Source of the DNA: Candidatus Poribacteria bacterium | GTDB taxonomy: Bacteria > Poribacteria > WGA-4E > WGA-3G | DNA: 64,000 bases | Assembly: GCA_963665235.2 (NCBI GenBank) | Contig: CAXXLX010000001.1 | Span: 128,001 to 192,000 of the forward strand | Direction of reading: 5' to 3' | Shown: piece after piece, positions 47,138 through 57,970 of the stretch | Numbering within the stretch: the first letter of the stretch is position 1 | Layout of the letters: every line of letters starts with the position of its first letter | The notes under the pieces: generated by a model | Told to the model about the DNA's origin: nothing | Databases searched by the model: none | What the model saw: only the letters and a program-made list of their open reading frames with translations | Position numbers and translations under genes: made by a program

Positions 47138-48520
47138 ATGGACACTATTCTTATTGTAGATGACGAAAAAAACATTCTGAAAATGCTTTCACAGGGCCTC
47201 GGTATCCGAGGATATCAAACCTTGACTGCTGCAAGTGGGGAAGAGGCATTGCAAATTTGTGCATCCGAGAACGTCGACCTCGTGCTGTTGGACATTATGA
47301 TGGAAAACGGCATGGATGGTATCCAAACATTGGTAAAAATACTTGAACAGACCCCCGAGCTCAGCATTATTATGATGTCCGCACAGCGAGATATTGAAAC
47401 CGCTGCGAAAACGATGGAACTCGGCGCGAAACGTTACATCACAAAACCGATCAGCATGGATAAAATCCTATCGAATATCGAACCGTTTCTCGAACTTTCG
47501 CGTTTAACCCAAGAAAATAGAATTCTTAAAGCGCAAATTGCTGAAGACGAAATGGTAGGGGAAAGTGCGGCGATTTCCAAACTCCGAGCAGAGATTCATC
47601 AGGTCGCAGGCAGTGAACTCGGTGTACTCATCTCCGGTGAAAACGGGACTGGCAAACAACTTGTTGCTAACGCTATTCATAAACACAGTCAACGGGCTAA
47701 TAATCCCTTTATTCCTGTCAATTGTGCAGCACTGCCAGACGAGCTTGTTGAGAGCGAACTTTTCGGCCATGAACGCGGCGCGTTTACAGGCGCAGAAGGT
47801 CTCAGGCAGGGACGGTTTGAAGTTGCTGATGGGGGCACCCTCTTTCTCGATGAAATCGGTGATATGAGCCTAACTGCCCAAGCAAAAGTCCTCCGCGCCC
47901 TAGAATACGGTGAAGTGGAACGGCTCGGTAGCCAGAGAATTCGAAAGGTTGATGTCAGAATCATCGCAGCAACTAATAAAGACCTTCAGACAGCAATTGA
48001 ACGCGGGGAATTCCGAATCGACCTCTATTATCGGCTCAAGATTGTGCCTATTAAAGTGCCTTCGCTGCGCGAACGATTAGAGGATATCCCCCTATTGGTC
48101 AAATACTTCGCAGAGCGGCTACAACTGAATATGGCATCCGCTCCAAAGGTCATCGACCCCGAGGCATACCCTATTTTTCAATCCTACACCTGGCCCGGCA
48201 ACATCCGCGAACTGAAAAATATTGTCGAACGGCTCCTGATTATGGTGAACCGGAGAATCGTTATGCCAACCGATGTCACAGAAGTGTTACCCAATACAAA
48301 GCCGCACACACCGGTATCAAATAACATCTCGCCGTATCAACCCAATACATCCCTAAGGGAGATGGTTGACGCGGTAGAAGCACAGTGCATTCTGACCGCC
48401 CTAGAAAAAAACGATTGGAACATACGGCAAACCGCCGCAGGGTTAGAGGTCGAGAGAGCCAATCTATACAAAAAAATGGCCAAATACAAGATTGAACGCC
48501 CGGATGCTACCGAAATGTAG
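47138..48520 (+). CDS. NtrX/NtrC-like sigma54-dependent response regulator
   Basis: Receiver ILIVDDE..LLDI, GENGTGKQ, ESELFGHERGAFTGA, WPGNIREL, Fis-type HTH. Confidence 0.95.
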   Translation: MDTILIVDDEKNILKMLSQGLGIRGYQTLTAASGEEALQICASENVDLVLLDIMMENGMDGIQTLVKILEQTPELSIIMMSAQRDIETAAKTMELGAKRYITKPISMDKILSNIEPFLELSRLTQENRILKAQIAEDEMVGESAAISKLRAEIHQVAGSELGVLISGENGTGKQLVANAIHKHSQRANNPFIPVNCAALPDELVESELFGHERGAFTGAEGLRQGRFEVADGGTLFLDEIGDMSLTAQAKVLRALEYGEVERLGSQRIRKVDVRIIAATNKDLQTAIERGEFRIDLYYRLKIVPIKVPSLRERLEDIPLLVKYFAERLQLNMASAPKVIDPEAYPIFQSYTWPGNIRELKNIVERLLIMVNRRIVMPTDVTEVLPNTKPHTPVSNNISPYQPNTSLREMVDAVEAQCILTALEKNDWNIRQTAAGLEVERANLYKKMAKYKIERPDATEM

Positions 48521-48535
48521 TAGACACGTTCCGCC

Positions 48536-48970
48536 GTGCCGTTCACAATAATCAACCTAAAAAGACGCATGACTCGCATTCAACTCATTATACTGATTAC
48601 GTTAGTGGTTATCATCGGTGTCCTCTCCTACCCCCCCTGGGCGGAATATCGGAAAGTGGGCCAAGCAGACGTGGATGTTGAAACACTCGCGACCGCTATC
48701 AAGAAGTACTTCAAACATACGCAGACGTACCCGACCCGTTTAGACGAACTGATAACCGATTCGGGTGTGACAGGTTGGCGCGGTAGTTATCTTGAAACCG
48801 TTCCGCAAACCCCCTGGGGCGGTGACTACGTGCTGATACAGGAGACCTATAAAATCGGAATTGCGAAGAATCACCCACGGGTGCCTACAAAATATCGGTT
48901 AGGCGGCATCGCCGAAATCAGTAGGGTTTACCTTATAGATGCCACCCTTGGCGAAAAATATTGGTGGTAA
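48536..48970 (+). CDS. GspG-like (type II secretion) pseudopilin
   Basis: Hydrophobic N-terminal helix, YPTRLDEL...GWRGSYLETVPQTPWGGDY. Confidence 0.75.
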   Translation: MPFTIINLKRRMTRIQLIILITLVVIIGVLSYPPWAEYRKVGQADVDVETLATAIKKYFKHTQTYPTRLDELITDSGVTGWRGSYLETVPQTPWGGDYVLIQETYKIGIAKNHPRVPTKYRLGGIAEISRVYLIDATLGEKYWW

Positions 48971-48973
48971 GTT

Positions 48974-49777
48974 GTGGTTGACATCTACTTACAGGGCCTC
49001 ATTTTCCTTTTGGGACTGTCAGTCGGCAGTTTTCTCAATGTCTGCATCTACCGCATTCCCCAGCCGGACCTTTCGCCGTATTCACCGCGACGTTCCTTCT
49101 GTCCTACCTGTACTCATCCGATAAAAGCGTTGGACAACATCCCACTTTTGAGCTACCTGCTACTGCGCGGAAAGTGTCGGCACTGCAAGGCGCGCATTTC
49201 CGCAGTGTACCCAACGGTTGAACTCGGGACGGCCGTTCTATTCGTAGGCATGTTTTACCGCTTCGGCGTAACGCTCGATTTTCTGCACGCCCTTATCTTT
49301 GTAACACTCCTTATACCCATTGCTGTCATTGATGCACAACACTATATTATCCCGAACGTCATCACCTACCCTGGCCTAATACTCGGGCTGGGAATCGTGA
49401 GTGCGATTGCTTATCAGCAGGGAGATTTTGTTTACCTACAAACACGACTCATTGGGTTTGTAGCAGGCGGAATGGGACTGTGGCTCATCGCCATTATCGG
49501 CAGTAAACTCTTACGCAAAAAAGCGATGGGGGGCGGAGACATAAAATTGATGGCACTCAACGGCCTGTTTTTGGGAGCGTGGCCGGAGCTAGTCCTAGTA
49601 TTAGCACTTTCTGCCCTGAGTGGAGCAATTATCGGCACGCTACTCATTGTCATCGGAAAGAGAGGTCGGGAAAGTCCTATCCCTTACGGCCCCTTTCTTG
49701 CCATTGCCGCAGTGATAGTACTTTTATGGGGCAATCCGCTCTGGGATACATACTTACAATTAGTTGGTTGGAATTAA
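48974..49777 (+). CDS. pilD: Prepilin peptidase
   Basis: GSFLNVCIYRIP, SFCPTC, GKCRHC, MGGGDIKLM, IPYGPFLA. Confidence 0.95.
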   Translation: MVDIYLQGLIFLLGLSVGSFLNVCIYRIPQPDLSPYSPRRSFCPTCTHPIKALDNIPLLSYLLLRGKCRHCKARISAVYPTVELGTAVLFVGMFYRFGVTLDFLHALIFVTLLIPIAVIDAQHYIIPNVITYPGLILGLGIVSAIAYQQGDFVYLQTRLIGFVAGGMGLWLIAIIGSKLLRKKAMGGGDIKLMALNGLFLGAWPELVLVLALSALSGAIIGTLLIVIGKRGRESPIPYGPFLAIAAVIVLLWGNPLWDTYLQLVGWN

Positions 49778-49841
49778 CGTTAAATGTATCGCGTGCACAG
49801 CACGCTCCTACATAGAAAATTACAAATAGTATGTGATGCAA

Positions 49842-49869
49842 AGGCGGAGTCAGCGTCCTGACTCCGCTT
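49842..49869. terminator. Bidirectional terminator-like hairpin
   Basis: AGGCGGAGTCAG-CGTC-CTGACTCCGCTT between convergent genes. Confidence 0.7.
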
Positions 49870-49877
49870 ATGCTGCT

Positions 49878-50420
49878 TTATTTCTGCGAAAATGTAATAT
49901 TGGCCTTATCAGCTGCGACAACAAGTTCCCGAGCAATCTGCATAGTCAAATTAGCTATCTTTCGAGAGAATTCGGCATCACTGAGGCGCCGGTATCGCAT
50001 CGGGTGTAATGTCTCAAGCCGTTCACTGGCAATCGTCAACGCGCTGGTGACAAGCGGCAATGCAACCTCAAGATGCGGTTGCGGTGTCTGCGGGTCAGGC
50101 GTAACTTCTAATTCCGTGTCAGACTGTTCTTCATCTTCTTCATCCACCTCACCTACCAACAACTGTTCTCGGTTCTGCTCGATTGTTTCAAGGATTTGCT
50201 TCGCAGCAGATTGGTGCGCCCCTTTTTTTGTTCCGCGTACAGCATCCGCTGTTTCATAAACGTTGTCACCGTAATGCACCTTAACTTTCCAGCTGGGTGA
50301 GTCCGGGGCACCGTGCTGCGTTTCCGTAAAGCGCGGTTGGCCCAAACCATATTCATGGCAGTGCTGAATCAAACGCCCTTTATAGTCTACAGCAACCCCA
50401 TTAACCTCCTGGGTAGACAT
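49878..50420 (-). CDS. Stand-alone double-stranded RNA-binding domain (dsRBD) protein
   Basis: DYKGRLIQHC...QPRF...GAPDSPSWKVKV...GTKKGAHQSAAKQIL, then an acidic linker and a helical tail. No RNase III domain. Confidence 0.8.
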   Translation of the reverse strand: MSTQEVNGVAVDYKGRLIQHCHEYGLGQPRFTETQHGAPDSPSWKVKVHYGDNVYETADAVRGTKKGAHQSAAKQILETIEQNREQLLVGEVDEEDEEQSDTELEVTPDPQTPQPHLEVALPLVTSALTIASERLETLHPMRYRRLSDAEFSRKIANLTMQIARELVVAADKANITFSQK

Positions 50421-50441
50421 ATCTTACCTCCTAGCACCGCG

Positions 50442-50666
50442 CTATCTATTACTACTACTGTAGCGTGGGCGGTATTCTGTTGTTCGCGGTCTAACTTTCC
50501 GTTGACGTTTCAGTTCAATTCGGCGCCGTTTTTCGCTCGGCTTTTCGTAAAAACTCCGTTTTTTAATTTCGGTGACGACACCTGCCTTGCCACACAGTTT
50601 TTTAAAACGGGCAAGGGCTCTATCAAACGTTTCACCTGAATCAACAGTGACTTCAACTTGAACCAT
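50442..50666 (-). CDS. rpsU: 30S ribosomal protein S21
   Basis: ETFDRALARFKK..KAGVVTEIKKRSFYEKPSEKRR. Confidence 0.95.
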   Translation of the reverse strand: MVQVEVTVDSGETFDRALARFKKLCGKAGVVTEIKKRSFYEKPSEKRRRIELKRQRKVRPRTTEYRPRYSSSNR

Positions 50667-50835
50667 GTTTTTACACCTCCTATAATATTGATTAAGTACA
50701 GTTTACCACATCTTAGCACAGATGTCAACTTTTTTTTGCAGTACTCATTTCTATTTCGTTGACAAAACCTGAAGAATCAGGTATCATTAAGCCACAACAC
50801 TAGAATCTACGTTTGTATTATCGGGAGGCAACTTT

Positions 50836-51594
50836 ATCTACGAGGTTATCATCTTATGTCTTGGGGCATGGTTAACAGGTGTCAGTAAAGCGGGTTTCGG
50901 TGGGGGGTTAGGCATGATAGTTGTGCCGCTATTCACGGAATTCCGTGCTGCACGTAATGTTCTCGGTTTGATGTTGCCCCTGCTATTCTCAACAGATATT
51001 TTATCACTCGTTCCGTACTGGAAACAGTGGCATCGCGAAAACGTGTGGCGACTTGTACCGGGGGCAATTATCGGTATCATCCTCGGACGGTTTATCCTAG
51101 TAGACATTTCGGATATTCATCTCAAAAAAGTTATCGGCGGTATCGTCTGCGTATTCGCAATATTAGAATTTTTTCGACCGCGCCTCATTCAACTATTGGA
51201 CCCGAACCGTGCGGATGCAGCAGAACCGATTATCCGCTTTAAAGTGTGGCACGGTGTATTAGCAGGTATTTTAACAGGTATCATCTCAACACTTGCACAC
51301 ATGGGCGGCGTTGTTGTCCTCATGTATCTCATTCCGCAACGTTTAGGCACTCGAACCTTCGTTGCAACCACAACTGCGCTCTATTTCCTCATCAATTTGG
51401 TTAAAATCCCGTTCTATTTTCAACTTGGGCTCTTCTCTTACGAAATGTTTATTGAAACCTTAGCACTCCTCCCCTGGCTTGGGATAGGTGTGTTGATGGG
51501 GGTTTGGCTGAACAATCGTTTCCCGGAACGCCTCTTTTCAAGAATTATGCTATTTTTTCTGTTCGGGACAGGCTTACATCTGCTATTCGGTTAG
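50836..51594 (+). CDS. TauE/SafE-family sulfite exporter-like membrane protein
   Basis: GVSKAGFGGGLG, LMLPLLFSTD, STLAHMGG, INLVKIPFY. The conserved region begins upstream of ATG 50914, so ATC 50836 is proposed as the start. Confidence 0.85.
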   Translation: MYEVIILCLGAWLTGVSKAGFGGGLGMIVVPLFTEFRAARNVLGLMLPLLFSTDILSLVPYWKQWHRENVWRLVPGAIIGIILGRFILVDISDIHLKKVIGGIVCVFAILEFFRPRLIQLLDPNRADAAEPIIRFKVWHGVLAGILTGIISTLAHMGGVVVLMYLIPQRLGTRTFVATTTALYFLINLVKIPFYFQLGLFSYEMFIETLALLPWLGIGVLMGVWLNNRFPERLFSRIMLFFLFGTGLHLLFG

Positions 51595-51696
51595 CAGTGT
51601 CCGCAAACACCAAACCGCAAGGGTGGGAGGCGGTATGTTATAGAAGCACACAACCCCCCACCTCTTAACCCCATCGGGGTGATATGTTTATAGAAT

Positions 51697-51930
51697 GCGA
51701 TTCAGACAAAAAATGCACAGATATTAGCAACAAACCTCTTTTTCCGCGCCTTCTGTGTCCTCTGTGTCCTCCGCGATTCTGACAATACACACGCGAAATC
51801 CATCCTTCCATCTTTCCATTCTTCCATTCTTCCAGCCTTCCAGCCTTCCATCCATCCTTCCCTCTTTCCAGCCTTCCAGCCTTCCAACCTTCCATCTATC
51901 ATAGTACAAAAACTTTACACACCCAACCTC
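51697..51930 (-). repeat. Full copy of the composite dispersed repeat
   Basis: Reverse complement matches 1525-1752, including GTAAAGTTTTTGTACTATGATAG, the GGAAG octamers and GGAAAAAGAGGTTT. Confidence 0.85.
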
Positions 51931-52064
51931 AAAAAGGGACTTGCCTAATTTTCGCATATTTGATAAACTCTACAAAACAAACATGCTATAGCCATCTGAC
52001 CTTGATATAGAACTTGACCGACTTATAGGCATCGATTGATGAAGAAATTTAGAGAGTATAGAAG

Positions 52065-53045
52065 ATGACATTAAAATGGGGTGTACTCGGTGCGGGGAGC
52101 GTTGCGCAGCGGCGTGCCATGCCCGCTATCCACAAGGCAACTGGGGCAGAGCTCCACGCGCTTTTCTCCCGCGATGCAACGCGTGCGAAACAATTAGCAA
52201 CGGAGCATAACGTTACGACAGCATATAGCAATATTGACGCACTTCTCAACGATTCAGCACTGGATGCAATTTACGTCTCTACCCCGGTGAACCTTCATTG
52301 TGAGCAGGTCATCGCTGCCGCAGAACGGGGCCTGCATGTCCTCTGTGACAAACCGATGGCACTCACACCCGAAGAATGCGAGCAGATGATTGCCGCATGC
52401 AACGCAAACGGCGTGCATCTACAAGTCTGCTTCCTCTTTCGGTTTCACTCCTGCTTTCAACAGATTAAGACGTGGGTGAACACCGGGCGTTTCGGTAAGA
52501 TAGTACACGGTCGGATGCCGTTCCTTAAAAAGTATTTGTTAGATGCAGATGAGTGGCGTGCGGACCCAGAGAAAGGTGGGGGCGGATGCTTGATGGATTT
52601 GGGCGCGCACAGTGTCGACCTGCTCCGTTACCTTATCGGTGAAGTTAAGGAGGTCAGCGCGTTTTGTGACAGCCCAATTCACAAGTATCGGGTTGAAGAA
52701 ACGGGCGGAATCTTGATGCGGTTTGAGAACGGCGCGCAAGCCTTCACAGACCTCAGCTTCTCTGTCGCACAGTGTGACATTGTGCTTGAACTCTACGGAA
52801 CAGAGGGGACCGTGTGGGTTTACAACGATAATGGGTGGCAGATTCAGACGCATTTCGACGGTGAAAAGCAGATAATTCCCTCCCAGTATGAAGACCTCTA
52901 TCAACATCAATTTGAGCATTTCGCCGAATGTGTAGAGACAGGCGAAGCACCGCTTGCCAGCGGTACAGATGGCTTAAGGACAAATGCAATTTTAGCCGCA
53001 GCGTACCGGTCTGCCCGGACAAAACAGGTTGTCCCATGTGCATAA
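52065..53045 (+). CDS. Gfo/Idh/MocA-family oxidoreductase
   Basis: WGVLGAGSVA, HVLCDKPMA, GGGCLMDLGAHSVD. Confidence 0.92.
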   Translation: MTLKWGVLGAGSVAQRRAMPAIHKATGAELHALFSRDATRAKQLATEHNVTTAYSNIDALLNDSALDAIYVSTPVNLHCEQVIAAAERGLHVLCDKPMALTPEECEQMIAACNANGVHLQVCFLFRFHSCFQQIKTWVNTGRFGKIVHGRMPFLKKYLLDADEWRADPEKGGGGCLMDLGAHSVDLLRYLIGEVKEVSAFCDSPIHKYRVEETGGILMRFENGAQAFTDLSFSVAQCDIVLELYGTEGTVWVYNDNGWQIQTHFDGEKQIIPSQYEDLYQHQFEHFAECVETGEAPLASGTDGLRTNAILAAAYRSARTKQVVPCA

Positions 53046-53074
53046 TCGGAGGAAATCCGCGTAGTCGTTATGCA

Positions 53075-53200
53075 GTGTCAAAATGTCACGATTATAGCGA
53101 CTATTTTGCAAACCGTGTCAAAATGCCCCTGTTTTCACGCGGGCGAAATTCGCCTATTTGCGTTTGTATCGGTATTTCTGTGATTGGCACACATCTTGCT
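53075..53200 (+). promoter_or_regulatory. Sigma54 -24/-12 promoter with two upstream enhancer-like repeats (groES-groEL)
   Basis: TGGCAC-ACATC-TTGCT at 53185-53200. GTGTCAAAATG at 53075 and 53115. Confidence 0.75.
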
Positions 53201-53354
53201 ATAGGTTACAGTGTAATATATTCGTTTAGGTTTCGCGATGCAGCGAAACCTGTAATTTCATAAAAATTTGTAGGTGGCATGTCGTTTAGAAATAGTAAAA
53301 AACCGCCTATGAATTTTGCAATTTTGGTATAATCCATAGGAGGAAATGAGAGAT

Positions 53355-53645
53355 ATGGCACTTGTACCCCTTGGTGACCGAATCCTCGTTAAGCGTTCCG
53401 AAGAAGATGAACAGAAAACGAGTGGTGGGATTATCATTCCGGACACCGCCAAAGAAAAGCCCCAGGAGGGTGAGGTCGTTGCAGTTGGCAAAGGCCGCCT
53501 TTTGGAAAATGGTGACCGGCAGCCCGTTGATGTCGCAGTAGGCGATAAAGTGTTGTTTGCCAAATATGGTGGCACTGAAGTAACGTACGAGAGTATTGAA
53601 TATCTCATCTTGCGCGAAGATGACCTCTTAGCCAAGGTTAACTAA
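53355..53645 (+). CDS. groES: Co-chaperonin GroES
   Basis: [44 protein letters not shown] 53346 is an alternative start. Confidence 0.98.
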   Translation: MALVPLGDRILVKRSEEDEQKTSGGIIIPDTAKEKPQEGEVVAVGKGRLLENGDRQPVDVAVGDKVLFAKYGGTEVTYESIEYLILREDDLLAKVN

Positions 53646-53653
53646 TTAAGTAA

Positions 53654-55291
<1,638 letters not shown>

Positions 55292-55300
55292 ACCTTGTGA

Positions 55301-55327
55301 TTCGGGCGGATGTTATGTCCGCTCGAA
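55301..55327 (+). terminator. Hairpin after groEL
   Basis: TTCGGGCGGA-TGTTATG-TCCGCTCGAA. Confidence 0.55.
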
Positions 55328-55334
55328 CTCATAA

Positions 55335-55460
55335 ATTGGCGATTGGCAATTAGCAAATAGCAATTGGCAATTAGCAAGAAGGTTGTGATGCTAACCAGAC
55401 ATCTGAAGTGCATTAGACCCCAAGCCAACAGCCATAAGCCAATGGTTTCCAACAGCCAAT
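55335..55460. repeat. Heptamer tracts (ATTGGCA/ATTAGCA and opposed AAGCCAA/CAGCCAA)
   Basis: About 6 degenerate 7-mers, then complementary-type 7-mers. TAAGCCAA(T/C)GGTTTCCAA also occurs near 1936. Confidence 0.55.
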
Positions 55461-56753
55461 TCAGACCGTAAGATATTCCCGTAGGTACCTCAAAGTCTGC
55501 GCCACCGCGCCGAGGTTTTCCACAACCACCTGTTTTCCAATATCTCCAGCCGCTGTCCTTGCGGTTTCGTCCGCCACCCATTCGGTCAGTGCCGCCGCCA
55601 TCTGTTCCGGGGTCTGTACAACTTTCGCCGCATTTCGTTCCTGTAACAGCAACGCTTCAGATGCGTTCCGGATAGTCGGTCCGAAAAGCACAGGTATTCC
55701 CATCGCAGCGGGTTCCATAACATTGTGAACGCTTCCGTGAAAACTGCCTCCAACGAAAGCGATATCCGCTAACCGATACAGCTTCGCAAGAATGCCCACC
55801 GTGTCAACGATAATCACATCTATCTCCGCCAAATCCACATCTGTTTTGAGCCCTGAAAAGCAGCGGTACTCCCAGTTCTGTTGTTCCAACTTAGTGCGAA
55901 TTTCCGTTATCCGTTCCGGTGTCGGTTCATGCGGCACAAGAATCAACTGAGGTGTCAGTTCACGAACCTCCTGGCGAAGGATTTGAAACGTTTTCAGCAG
56001 CACCCGTTCATCCGCTGTGTATGTGCTGCCAGCGATAAGGATAGGATGTTTGAGCGTCTTATGTCCCGGAAAAAATTCAGCGTTCGGGTCAACATCGATA
56101 GCGCGTCTATAAACCTGTTCATAGCGTGGGTCGCCAGTGACAACAACCTGATGAGCTGGCGCGCCGAGGGATTGGAACCGCGTCGCATCCGCGTCCGAAA
56201 CGGCACAGTGCAATGTAATATACGGATGCACGCTTCTAAAAAAGGAGCGCGCGATTCCGCCGAGCCGTTTTGAACCCGCCTGCACCGTGCCTGCAACAAC
56301 AATGACAGGAATATCGTCTTTGGCAGCACACCAAACGAGGTTCGGCCAAATATCGTATCTGGAGAAAATTAGGCAGGTAGGGGCAATCAGATTTATCAAA
56401 CGTTGGACATTTCGCCGCGTATCAAACGGAAGATAAACAGCCGCATCAACGTGTAGATAGGTGTGGACATTCGGTGCAACCGAGGGTGAAAAGAAGGTTA
56501 GAACAATTCGGGTATCCGCGTAGATTGATTCAATTAGCGGTTTGACCTGTTCAAATTCGCCGACTGAGGCGAAATGAAACCACGCTGTTTTCTCAAGTTT
56601 TCGGGCGGCATGGAGTTGGTGTGTCAATTTTTCAAATACCTGTCTCCGTCCGGTAAGTCCCTCCCGAACTTTCTGATTGCAGCACCCTGCAAGGTGAAAA
56701 CCGAGGCGCAGGGCAGGAAGTATGAGCGTGTTATAGATAAGTTGCCAAAACAT
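55461..56753 (-). CDS. waaA: 3-deoxy-D-manno-octulosonic acid (Kdo) transferase
   Basis: WFHFASVGEFEQ, YLPFD, DIWPNL, LVPHEP, IVDTVGIL, AFVGGSF, HNVMEPAA. Start ATG 56753 chosen; 56837 is an alternative. Confidence 0.92.
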   Translation of the reverse strand: MFWQLIYNTLILPALRLGFHLAGCCNQKVREGLTGRRQVFEKLTHQLHAARKLEKTAWFHFASVGEFEQVKPLIESIYADTRIVLTFFSPSVAPNVHTYLHVDAAVYLPFDTRRNVQRLINLIAPTCLIFSRYDIWPNLVWCAAKDDIPVIVVAGTVQAGSKRLGGIARSFFRSVHPYITLHCAVSDADATRFQSLGAPAHQVVVTGDPRYEQVYRRAIDVDPNAEFFPGHKTLKHPILIAGSTYTADERVLLKTFQILRQEVRELTPQLILVPHEPTPERITEIRTKLEQQNWEYRCFSGLKTDVDLAEIDVIIVDTVGILAKLYRLADIAFVGGSFHGSVHNVMEPAAMGIPVLFGPTIRNASEALLLQERNAAKVVQTPEQMAAALTEWVADETARTAAGDIGKQVVVENLGAVAQTLRYLREYLTV

Positions 56754-56852
56754 GGTGTTTTGTTGTGAAAGGGGATTATAGCGAATGACATGCAGAAGCG
56801 TGCCGAAGCGTAACCGCTCCGGCATTAATGCTTCCACGGCAAGGGATATAGG

Positions 56853-57179
56853 TTAAAGGGTGTCTAAAATTTTCTTTTTCAGTACGTCTTTGGACATCGC
56901 GCCGACAATTTGCCCCGCAACTTTACCATCTTTGAAGACGAGAAGCGTCGGGATACTCCGCACATTATACTGCATCGCAGTTTGACGGTTGTCATCCACG
57001 TTGAGCTTTCCGACCTTGAAAGTGTCTGAATTTTCAGCCGCGAGTTCCTCTAAGATAGGCGCAATCATTTTGCACGGACCGCACCATTCTGCCCAAAAGT
57101 CAACAACGACGGGGGTGTCTGACGTAAGCACCATCCCTTCAAACGTATCGTCGCTAATTTCAAATGTGTTTTCAGTCAT
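56853..57179 (-). CDS. trxA: Thioredoxin
   Basis: VDFWAEWCGPCKMIAP, SIPTLLVFKDG. Confidence 0.97.
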   Translation of the reverse strand: MTENTFEISDDTFEGMVLTSDTPVVVDFWAEWCGPCKMIAPILEELAAENSDTFKVGKLNVDDNRQTAMQYNVRSIPTLLVFKDGKVAGQIVGAMSKDVLKKKILDTL

Positions 57180-57196
57180 TTTAACTCCTTAATAGT

Positions 57197-57765
57197 GTGA
57201 TAGCACCCAACGCCTAAAGGCGTGGGCTTCGGTTTCGTAGCAACTGCGGTTGACTCAAATTTGAGTGTTGCTGTCTTACTGTCGCTCCACCCGCACGCGA
57301 TTCCCTGTAGGTGAAAAATCCTACAGGCATATCAGGTGTAACACAGTCCTGTCTATCCCCACGTGCCTCGTTCAAAAACAGAATTCGGGCAAGCAGCCCG
57401 CTCTTCCGATGTTTTAAGAAAGTGGCAGCAATACAACGTGCGGACTTTCACCTATTCTAGCTGTGATACAAGCTTTCGCTCAATTACGCGTTAACTGCCA
57501 TTATACTTTTTAAGTGGTCTAACACTAACACTACACACCTTCTCACAGGTGGGGGATAGCACCTGCACTGAGTTTCTATTCAAAAAGGTGAGAATGCTAT
57601 CCAAAAGTGTCATTATAATTATACCACAGTTTTTGGTCAAAGGAGGGATATTTATGACACAAGGTCATCAATATTCCTCAAATTAATTTTCAGGGATTAC
57701 GCCCTTAGCGGGAAACCTATATCCCAAACCTAAAGGATTGGGAAACCTTACACCCGAATGCCCGT
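57197..57765 (-). mobile_element. Non-autonomous, decayed IS200/IS605-type element (tnpB remnant, omegaRNA-like 3' end)
   Basis: Right end GAAGCCCACGCCTTTAGGCGTTGGGTGCTATCAC. Related left hairpin CCCAATCCTTTAGGTTTGGGA at about 57722-57743. TnpB-like remnant RKLVSQLE*. Left boundary approximate. Confidence 0.65.
57612..57640 (-). promoter_or_regulatory. Sigma70-type promoter inside the IS remnant, pointing at trxA
   Basis: TTGACC-17-TATAAT on the minus strand. Confidence 0.65.
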
Positions 57766-57970
57766 AAAATCTGCCGCTTGGACGAATCAATGCATTAACA
57801 TGATACCCTATTCTGAAATTAATGTCCATTATTTTTTTCGTTTGACAAAAAAAGTGAAACGTGATATATTATATTTTGACTATATATGTTTTCCGAGCAC
57901 TATAAGTCTACTGTAGACTCATCACAGCCAGTTAATGGAATATTATAGGAGCAAAGAAAGGAGGGAACAC

